From assembly GCA_964615415.1 (NCBI GenBank), contig CAZTNI010000001.1:240746-304745 (forward strand): a stretch of 64,000 nt of DNA. Reading direction: 5' to 3'. The DNA comes from an uncultured Candidatus Saccharibacteria bacterium (lineage in GTDB: Bacteria; Patescibacteriota; Minisyncoccia; Phycocordibacterales; SBAW01). The notes under the pieces were generated by a model. That model saw only the letters and a program-made list of their open reading frames with translations, did not search any database and had not been told where the DNA came from. Positions 37,919 through 47,000 of the stretch are shown here, piece by piece. Each line of letters begins with the position of its first letter. The first letter of the stretch is position 1. Both the position numbers and the translations under genes were made by a program.

Positions 37919-38220
37919 GGCTACTAGGGTGCTCCTGGGGTGGAGGCTCGAGCACTCTAGCAGCGTTGCGTGTCCTAGCCGGGGACGCCGGCAAGAATAG
38001 GGTTCTGTCCATGAAGCTGGACAGGGGCGTTCCATGATGCTGAGATCCGTGGCTCCGGTGTGCGGATGCCAGTCTGCTGGAGCTTCTGGATGTGTGCCGG
38101 TATCGTGTCCGGCTTGTTACGCTGCGGTTGCAACGGTATTCCTCCCTTAGTGAATCTGCATGTACTGGCCCCATAACAAACTACACGAGTCCACTGAAGT
38201 GTCAATGAGGCTCGATGAAG
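37919..38220 (-). ncRNA. Candidate structured RNA or structured 3' region of unknown family; GC-rich, hairpin-dense
   Basis: A 300-nt non-coding stretch between convergent genes. GC is clearly above the neighbouring sequence. It contains long imperfect helices (e.g. 37921-37968, a 15-bp stem with one mismatch) and ends on the minus strand with the terminator at 37895-37918. Confidence 0.35.
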
Positions 38221-38745
38221 CTAGCAGATCCGCTCCGCAAAGTAGCGCCGCACCATCTGCTCGTGGAGCGGGAAGGCGAAGTCGCGAGGTATGCTCTGGG
38301 GCGTTATGCAAAAGCGCTCCGTGACCTCGCGTGATGGGGTAAAGCCATGCTCGATCGGCACCACACCCCTGCGTACGATACCGAAGATGATCAGGTGTGT
38401 TTTTGCCGAGTTACTCGTTGGTGCAAAGCTGAGGATATTGTGCTCCGGATCAGGAATCTCAACTTGAATTTCCTCGGCTGTTTCGCGAGCAGCAGCTTCT
38501 TCCCACGACTCACCCTTTTTCATATAGCCGCCGGGCAGGCACACAAGGCCAATGGGCTCGATGCCGCGCCGGCTCATATACAAACCCTGCGGGGTTGGAA
38601 CAAGGAGCGCAACAGCGGCTGCAGGATTCTCGGGGTACGTTGTCCTACCGCACGCCGTGCACAGCATCTCTTCTTTTCCAAGAGATGATTGGTCGTACGG
38701 TGTGCCGCAGTAGTGGCAGTGCGAGTAGGGAACAGGTTTCTTCAC
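38221..38745 (-). CDS. NUDIX hydrolase with N-terminal zinc ribbon (NudC-like NADH pyrophosphatase architecture)
   Basis: C-x2-C…C-x2-C ribbon (CHYCGTPY…CTACG), then Nudix box GGYMKKGESWEEAAARETAEEIQVE. Confidence 0.7.
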   Translation of the reverse strand: MKKPVPYSHCHYCGTPYDQSSLGKEEMLCTACGRTTYPENPAAAVALLVPTPQGLYMSRRGIEPIGLVCLPGGYMKKGESWEEAAARETAEEIQVEIPDPEHNILSFAPTSNSAKTHLIIFGIVRRGVVPIEHGFTPSREVTERFCITPQSIPRDFAFPLHEQMVRRYFAERIC

Positions 38746-38872
38746 GTGGTCCTCCGTGTGTAAGAACAGTTGCGTAGTCTCTTTGTAAAGTACTACAGAA
38801 AAATCGATACGTCAAAACCAGTCGATGAGGTAATTTGAGATCGGATTAGTTTCTCTAACACAAGGGGTACCC

Positions 38873-39157
38873 ATGGAGGGTGTAGTTGGAATACTCGGTA
38901 TTGTTGTTTTTATCGCGTCGGCATGGGCTGCAGGATCCTATCTGACCTGGATTCCAATCCTCGTCATTTCTCTGTTGCTTGTGATGCTCTTGGTGTTTCT
39001 CTATAGAAAGGGGAATTTCCAAGGGTTGGAAGGGATCGCTACGACAATGCTTTTTGTCCTCGGGGTGATCTGGATGCTTGTTGCGTGGATCACGTACTAC
39101 ATGGCAACCGACCAGCGCTGGGTTCAAGACTTCTTCAATACATACATATTCCGTTAA
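38873..39157 (+). CDS. Small membrane protein (3 TM)
   Basis: 94-aa hydrophobic ORF. Confidence 0.4.
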   Translation: MEGVVGILGIVVFIASAWAAGSYLTWIPILVISLLLVMLLVFLYRKGNFQGLEGIATTMLFVLGVIWMLVAWITYYMATDQRWVQDFFNTYIFR

Positions 39158-39171
39158 AGGAGGACAGAGGT

Positions 39172-39570
39172 ATGAGGAAAGTACTCGTCGTGGATGACGA
39201 AGAGATGTGGCGAGATGCGCTGAAGCGAATTTTCGATGACTTGGGGTGCGAGGTAGACTTCGCTACCGACTTTCACGAAGGTAAGGCACGGATCGAGGTG
39301 ACCAAGTACGACCTTATCGTGCTCGACAACGCTCTGGACTACTTCTGGACCGACGCAGGGATTGAACTGCTCCACGTGGTGCGGAAGTATATTATTACGC
39401 CGAACGTGGAAACGCCGATCGTGCTCCATACCGGCGACGACCGCGACTCGACCAAAGAGCGGGTCAAACAGTTGGGCGGTCTCTATCGCTTCAAGGGCGA
39501 CTCGGATACCTTGTATGATTTCCTACAAGCTCTGCTTGCGGGTAGACCAATTCCCGCAACTTCTCAGTAA
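39172..39570 (+). CDS. Stand-alone response-regulator receiver (CheY-like) domain protein
   Basis: AAAGGAGG SD 7 nt upstream of the ATG. Receiver motifs: VLVVDDEE acidic pocket, the LIVLDN phospho-acceptor Asp, and a conserved Lys region. Confidence 0.65.
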   Translation: MRKVLVVDDEEMWRDALKRIFDDLGCEVDFATDFHEGKARIEVTKYDLIVLDNALDYFWTDAGIELLHVVRKYIITPNVETPIVLHTGDDRDSTKERVKQLGGLYRFKGDSDTLYDFLQALLAGRPIPATSQ

Positions 39571-39576
39571 GGGAGG

Positions 39577-40092
39577 ATGGTAATGCATAATCTTGCGAAT
39601 CGTGTTTCAAAATGGACGCGCAATGCACAACACGGTCCCTTCTATATGGAGAGTGGTTTCTATGCCGGTCGGGCGCCCTCGACCAGGGACGTCAATTCAC
39701 AAATTCTTGAGGCTATCCGCATAGGCCTCAGAGATGAAGTGAGTCAGGAAGCTGCGGTTAACTTTGTGCGGATGGTCAACCAGTTGGACGATCTTTCTGC
39801 ATCATCGTTTGTGGTGGCGCTCGAGCGCTTCTTTGCGAGCGATTGCAAAGAAGTGCTGAGCGCACAACGCAAGGAAGACCGTACGCGGATTGATGCGCAC
39901 GGCGATGATCGTGCACGGAAGCAGTCACTCGGTCTTGTGTTGCAGGTAGCGAGCGGGCCCACGATCTCCGAAGAGGATATCGCAGCTCGGTCGGAGGATA
40001 TCAAAGCAGATTTCATCCGCTGGCACGAGCATGACATCCCCAAGGAGGAAAAGTTTTCTCGCGCTCCTTCTCCTCGCTTACGTAAATGGTGA
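39577..40092 (+). CDS. Hypothetical protein, co-transcribed with the receiver gene
   Basis: 171-aa ORF starting 6 nt after the receiver stop. No recognisable motif. Confidence 0.45.
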   Translation: MVMHNLANRVSKWTRNAQHGPFYMESGFYAGRAPSTRDVNSQILEAIRIGLRDEVSQEAAVNFVRMVNQLDDLSASSFVVALERFFASDCKEVLSAQRKEDRTRIDAHGDDRARKQSLGLVLQVASGPTISEEDIAARSEDIKADFIRWHEHDIPKEEKFSRAPSPRLRKW

Positions 40093-40097
40093 CAAAT

Positions 40098-40130
40098 AAG
40101 CCGCTCTTAAGGGAGCGGCTTTTCTTTTTA
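40098..40130 (+). terminator. Rho-independent terminator, member of the repeated GCCGCTCC…GGAGCGGCTTTTCTTTT family
   Basis: AAGCCGCTCTTAAGGGAGCGGCTTTTCTTTTT. Confidence 0.75.
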
Positions 40131-40189
40131 TATATTTACGACTATAGTCTGCTACGGACTGAAGTAACCTAAACGGAAAGGGTAGATTA

Positions 40190-40615
40190 ATGAAAGTATT
40201 TAAGCCGAACTTCAAGCGGACTATCGGCGAGTTTCCAAATCTTGCTATAGCCGTCGTGCAGCATGCACACACGGGCGAGATCCTCATGGTCGCCTTCACA
40301 GACGAGGCCGGCTGGCTGCAAACGCTGCAGACCGGCAATGTCAGTCTCTTCTCGACTTCCCGCGGAAAGAGCTGGGTCAAGGGCGAGGAGAGCGGCAACT
40401 TTATGAAAGTGCTCTCCATTATGGTCGACTGCGATGGAGACGCAATCATCTACTCCGTCGAGCCGCAAGGACCCGGCGTCGCCTGTCACACCGGCGCGGT
40501 GTCGTGCTTCTACCGCGAGGCGTTTACTCCCGAGTATGACCACCCGCCGAAGGAAGGCGAGCATGAGCACCTGGAGATGATCGACGTCGAGGTGCACGAG
40601 AGGTTCCAAACATAA
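40190..40615 (+). CDS. Phosphoribosyl-AMP cyclohydrolase (HisI-like) domain protein, stand-alone
   Basis: LAIAVVQHAHTGEILMVAFTDEAGWLQTLQTGNVSLFSTSRGKSWVKGEESGNFMKVLSIMVDCDGDAIIYSVEPQGPGVACHTGAVSCFY aligns with the HisI PRA-CH core. Confidence 0.65.
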   Translation: MKVFKPNFKRTIGEFPNLAIAVVQHAHTGEILMVAFTDEAGWLQTLQTGNVSLFSTSRGKSWVKGEESGNFMKVLSIMVDCDGDAIIYSVEPQGPGVACHTGAVSCFYREAFTPEYDHPPKEGEHEHLEMIDVEVHERFQT

Positions 40616-40619
40616 CAAA

Positions 40620-40652
40620 AGCCGCTCCCTTGGGAGCGGCTTTTTCTTTTGG
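40620..40652 (+). terminator. Rho-independent terminator, same repeated family
   Basis: AAAAGCCGCTCCCTTGGGAGCGGCTTTTTCTTTT. Confidence 0.75.
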
Positions 40653-41018
40653 AAAGGTATTGTAACGTGTTTATTTTTGTTTTGTACTGTCTGCAAGGTT
40701 TCCCAGTGTTTTTTGAGAGAATCTTTTTTGATTTTGTGATTGATTTAATACTTTAAAAAACTACTGGTAGGGATTTCCTACATGGGCGATCCGAGAAAGA
40801 ATTAGGTAGCAGGAAGTAATTGCCGTGATATCGGGATGCCGAGATATGTCCATTGTCAGGCATTTATTGACACTCAGCTATAAAATAATTGTAAAAATTT
40901 TACCAGTATAAAAAACATATATAAAAACTTTTTTGAATCCTGAGTTTCCCACAGAAAAACCCTTTGTGTGGGCCGTTTTCGTGAAATATTGAAGCTATTG
41001 ATTAGCTAATTTTTATAT

Positions 41019-44000
41019 ATGAATTTCTTCCCACTTCTTATCGCGGGCCCAGGCAAAATAGCACTTCGATTGATGGGAATGATTCTTGTCGTCTCATTTT
41101 TTCTTTCTCCTCTTGCCCCTGTGTTTGCGCAAGAAGCAGATCCTGGAGCTGGTAGCGAAACTCCTGTTGCTGAAGAGTTGCTAACTGAAGAACCCTCTGA
41201 AGCAGATACTTCTACAGAAACTTCTGAAGAACCTGTGGTTGAAGAATCTGATCCAACGCCAACTGACCCAACAGAAGAAACTTCTTCTGAAGAAGTTTCA
41301 GAGTCGGAAATTTCCGAACTCACTGAAGAATCGGAAGAAGACTCACTACTAGAAGAAGAACTTGAACCAGAAGAAGACTCGCTGATGTCATCATCAGGAG
41401 GAGATCAGGGTACTGGAGAAGCTGTCGATTATGCAGCAGCTGGTGCACAAGCGAAGGTGGATGCATTCGGAGCTCTTGTGCAGAAAATTCAAATTGAAGT
41501 TCCTCCTGGTCGCAACGGTCTTCAGCCAGATTTATCTCTGCTTTACAACAGTCTGCAGTATGAAGATGGAAGTCTGGTGGGTTTTGGATGGGGGTTAACG
41601 ATACCGTATATTGAACGACTCAATCGCACTGGTGTTGATCGTTTGTATACCGATAATTATTTTTCGTCCTCTATGTATGGAGAATTAGCCTCCACGAGTG
41701 TCCCAGGTGAATATCGTCCAAGAACTGAAAACGGAGATTTTGTTAAATTTGTTTTTCAAAATAATATCTGGACTGCGTACGATAAACAGGGAACACAATA
41801 CAAATACGGTTCGACTACAGGATCTCAGGTGTACGACACTGCAAGCTCAACACAGGTTGGTGTATGGATGCTGCAGGAAGTTCGCGATACAAACAACAAC
41901 TACATAAAATATAACTATCAAAAAAGTGATAATCAGATTTATCCTTCGACGATTATCTATACAGGCAACGAATCTACCGACGGCATCTTCTCTGTAAGCT
42001 TTTCAAGACAAACACGACCAGATCCTATCTTTAGCTACAAGTATGGTTTTTTGGTAGAGACAAAAGATAGAATAAACCAAATTACAGTAGCGGTGAGTAG
42101 CTCGACTGTCCGCTCATACGCGCTTGCGTATACCTCCGGAAATAACGGGTATCGTTCTATGCTTTCTTCTGTAACTGAAACGTATGTTAATCCTGATGGT
42201 ACTAGTGTTGCGTATGCGCCGTGGCAGTTTGCTTATACTAACCAAACGCTTTCCTTTACTGATCAGGTTGAGAAAGAGGAAGGGGGATATAGGTCGCCAG
42301 CTTTCGTGCGTACCGACTTAAATGGCAACGGTCTTCTCGATATTGTCGCTTCATTTGTTGACTGGTCTCCTGCAGTGCAGAAAAATCTCCGTGTCATAAA
42401 CAATGGAAACTTTTCATTTACTAGCTCGGGTACGTTCTCTCCGGGATCAACAGACGTTCAAGTTACTTGGGCAAATGCTAATCCTTCTCCTAGTTGGCTT
42501 GTTTCCAGCGATCCTGGTGTGCGCCTCATGGACATAAATGGTGATGCGCTGCCAGATGTCGTGCAAAGTTATGTGTGCCAAGTAACATGCTCGACCTCAA
42601 TACAACAATATTTCTTGAATCTTGGTAACGGTCAGTGGCAGTCTACTGCAGCTACTACAACAGGATGGAATTATATTGTACGTGACCAACCAGGCACTTC
42701 TATTCCGCACGCCACAATCGCTATCATTGGAAACGTAAACGGCGACACTGTAGATGATATTTTTCCATACGAAGTAAATTATTTCGCAAGTACAGGTGGA
42801 GGTTCTCCACGTTGGACAAGCAACCAAGGTCAGCTGGTAGATCTTAACCATGACGGATTGGATGATGCATTTGCTCGTTTCGGTACAACTGCTTCTACAA
42901 GTATTAATAGAGGGGGGACAATAGGAATTACCACTGCATCAACCTCATTCAGCTACACAGCGACCTTTAATGGGCCGAGCGCCTATGAAGACAACGTAGA
43001 CAAAGGAATTCGCATCATGGATATAAATAATGATGGTCTTCCGGACCTCGTACGCTCATATCTTTTCTCGGGCGGTTACTCTTCTCATGGTGATGGCCAG
43101 TATGTGCCGCAAGATACAAGTTCTTCGACGCAAATTTATATAAACACAGGTGTTGGGTGGACCAGAATGCAAAACCCTCCAGCTATTCCCGTTATCTCAA
43201 ATCCTTCAAGTCAAAGTGGTTTTTGGACAGGTGCTCAACTTATTGAAGCGGTGTGGGACCAGGATGGTGATGGAGATGCAGAGATTGGTACCTATACCAA
43301 TAACATGAGTCGACAAGATTTGTTGAAGCAAATTACTTTGCCGACGGGAGGGTATGTGTATGCAACAAGTACTCCTACAACACAGCAATTCACCGGTTCT
43401 CAGGCTCACCACCCGAATTCTGTAGTACCTGTGTGGACTGTGTCGGAAATTACACACGATGATGGAAATGGTACACGAGAGACCAGTCGCTATTCTTACA
43501 AAGACGGAACACTCTGGTATGGTGGCATTAATAATCGAAAATATGCAGGCTTCGCAAGCACTACAGAGTCATACTATGGTCTTACTACCAAGTATTACCA
43601 TCAGGGAGATGAGACAGATTCTTCTCGTGGGGAATACCAAGATTCATTTGCAAAGATTGGCAAAATGTATCGTGTAGAGAGAACTAATAACGATGGAGTG
43701 GTGTATGCAAAGACTATCTACAAATGGGATCAGGCTACCACTACGTACGGAAATGTGTTCGCAAAATTAGTGCAGAAAGTAGACATGGAGTACAACGGCG
43801 ACGGTACTCACAAGGATCGTGCAGAGACATATACCTACGACAATGCCTCGGGCAATCTTACTGAAAAGAAGGAGTGGGGAGAGGTGACAGCATCAGACGA
43901 TGGAAGTTTCTCTGACACTGGGAGCGACATATTTGTCACAACGTACACCTATGCAACAGTAAACGCTTCTTCTACTGTTAGTCTTTTAGCGTCACAGTTA

Positions 44001-47000
44001 AAAACAGATCAAGGCGCTAATACTGTTAATGAGTCGAAGTTCTATTACGATTCGCAGTCATTTGGCTCCGCAACAGTAGGTAACCTTACAAAAGCAGAAA
44101 AGAGAATTAACCCAACTACTTTTGCAAGTACTACTAAGACATACAACAGCTACGGTTTACCGACCCAACAAAAGGATGAGAATAATAACGCTACTACGTA
44201 TGTATACGATGCGTTTAATCTCTACCCTGCAACCTCTACCAATGCCCTAAGTCAAAGTACAAAATATCAGTACAACTATGCGCTGGGCAAACTTGCTACA
44301 ACTACTGACTCAAATAATCAGACCTGGGTTAAAAAGTATGACGGCCATGGCCGTTTGCTTGAAGTGCAAGTGCCTGACCCTGCAACCTCAACTGCGCGTG
44401 TAATAAAGACTACCTACACGTATACCGATACTCCGCTTGCTGTGTCGGTAAAAAAGAGTTCGTACCTCGACGCTACTAACATAGTAGATTCTTACACGTA
44501 CTACGATGGTTTGGGGCATGCGATTCAAACCAAACAAGAAGCAGAAGGGGGAGAGTGGATTACTAAAGATGTAAGTTACAACGTGCGTGGTCGAGTATTC
44601 ACAGAAACACTTCCGTATCCAACAACAAATTACGTAAAGAGTTCTCCTACTGCTACTACAACCCTGTATACCAACTACATGTATGATCCGCTTAACCGAG
44701 TAACAGAATCACACACGGTCGTTGGCACTACAACAAATACGTATGATGACTGGAAGAAGACAGTTACGAACCCGCTTGGCATTGCGAAGTCATTCTATAA
44801 CGATGCGTACGATAATCTAGTTCGTGTAGATGAGACTAATAGCGGCTCTACTTATACAACGTTATATACGTGGGATGGAAATGGAGCGCTAACGGGTATA
44901 ACGGATGCTCTCAGTAACATACGCTCGTTTACGTACGACATGTTGGGTCGTCGCACTCAGGCAACAGACCTGCGTGCTTCTGGAGACGGCACATACGGTA
45001 CGTATACATATACCTACGATCCGGCGGGGAACATGAAGTCTAAGGTAACTCCGGTTGGGTCAACCATTAACTACACCTACGATGCGCTTAATCGCCTCAA
45101 GACAGAAGATTATACAGGTCAGGCAGGCACAGAAACCACCTATACCTATGACGCATGTACGCTCGGTGCAGGGAAGTTGTGCGTGGCAAGCAGTACTGCT
45201 TCAGTCGTGGGGTATGCATATACCCCAGCGGGTCTTGTTAAGACTGCAACCACAACTGTGCTAGGCACGCCAACCGTATTTACTACATCGAGTACATATG
45301 ATCGGCAGGGAAATCAGACAACTCTTACATACCCTGACGGTATGGAAGTGAAATACACCTATAATGCGGGTGGCTACATAGAAACCGTTCAGAAGAAAGA
45401 GGCGAGCGAAGGATCATTCTCAAACATAGTGTCTAACTTTAATTACTCACCCGTTGGTCAAGTAAGTCGAACCGAGTATGCAAATGGAGCGGTAACTACC
45501 AATACGTATGATCCTGCCACTCTCTACAGACTCAGCAATAAACAAACTATTCTCGGTGGTTCGCAGCAGGCACAAAACATCAGCTACAGCTACGACGCTT
45601 TGGGAAATATTTTGCAAGTTACCGATGCGTCAAATACGGCAGCTGCAAAAACGGTTAACTACTCGTACGACGACTTGTCTCGCCTTGTTACTGCATCTAC
45701 CACCAACGCAACAAGTAGTCCGAACTATAGATACACATATGCATACAATGCTCTGGGTAATATCACGAACGGTCCACTCGGGGTCTACACATACGCAGGT
45801 ACGAACTATGCAAACCCGCATGCAGCAACTGCTATAGCGACAACTTCAGGAGGTGGAGGAGGCGTTGCGACAACCACGACTCATACAGTATTTGCCGACG
45901 CCCTTACCCCAGGATGGAACGATTGGTCATACAATGCGGTACTCGACCTTAACGCAACTACCACGTACGCAGGAAGCAAAGCTATCAAGGTTACCTACTC
46001 AGTCGCTTGGGGTGGTTCATATTTGCAAAAGACTGCTGGAATCCAAGTTGGTACCTCTACTGCGCTTCAACTCGCCTTGCGTTCAACAAGTTCATCGCCT
46101 GACGTTACCATCGATATATATGGTACCAACGACGCGTATCTTGGATACGCTGACCCTACTGACTATATCGGCGGTCCTATTGCTGCTAACACGTGGTATC
46201 TACTTACTATCCCGTTTTCAGATTTTGGCGCCACTTCAACTATCAGTGGCATCGTAGTTGCACGCGACACTCCAGGTGTTCTCTATATCGATGAATTAAA
46301 GACTGTTGCCACATCTACAGGCGGAGGAGGTTCTGTGGCAACTACCACGCTTGCATACGATGCGAACGGCAACCTTACCTCAGACGGTACATTTACCTAT
46401 ACATGGGATTATCTCAACCGCATGACTCAGTCTGGTAACGGTACTGCCACATCAACCTATGCATACGATCAAGATGGTAATCGCGTAAAAATAGTTGAAG
46501 CAGGCGTCACCACAATCTTCCCAAACAAGTTCTACAACGCAATGCTTGGTGGTGCTGGCACTACTACAAAGCACATATATGCGGGAGACATGCTCCTTTC
46601 TACGATAGAGAATACAAATACTGCCGCTGCGACAACCACTACACACACGGTGTTTACCGACGCACTTGCTGCGGGCTGGAACGACTGGTCGTATAACGCT
46701 ACGCTCAACGTTAACGAAACTGCAGTTGTCTACAGCGGTGCTAAGTCAGCAAAGATCACATACAGCGCACCATGGGGCGGAGCATACATACAAAAAACGG
46801 GTGTAAATGTATCAACCTCTACGGCACTGCAGTTCGCAATCCGCCAACCTGTCACAACTGTTGATGTCGACCTCGATATCTATGGCGCAAACGATCAATA
46901 CCTTGGATACGTTAATATTGAGAATTTTGTGCCCGGAGGTGTGCTCCTTTCCAATACATGGCAGGTGGCAACGATACCGCTGTCAGCTATGGGCGCAACT

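Noticed and set aside
37722-38205. Minus-strand ORFs 37722-38174 and 37975-38205
   Set aside because: They give Arg/Ser/Pro-rich low-complexity products typical of GC-rich non-coding sequence and overlap the small plus-strand gene and a terminator. I interpret the region as structured RNA.
37891-38220. Identity of the GC-rich region as tmRNA, RNase P RNA or SRP RNA
   Set aside because: There is no tRNA-like T-arm or acceptor end (tmRNA). Only a 9-nt ACAGAACCC match is present, without the GGAAAGUCCGGGC/P4 elements, and the length is too short for RNase P. No GGAAG/AGCAGCCA domain-IV motif (SRP). It is left unassigned.
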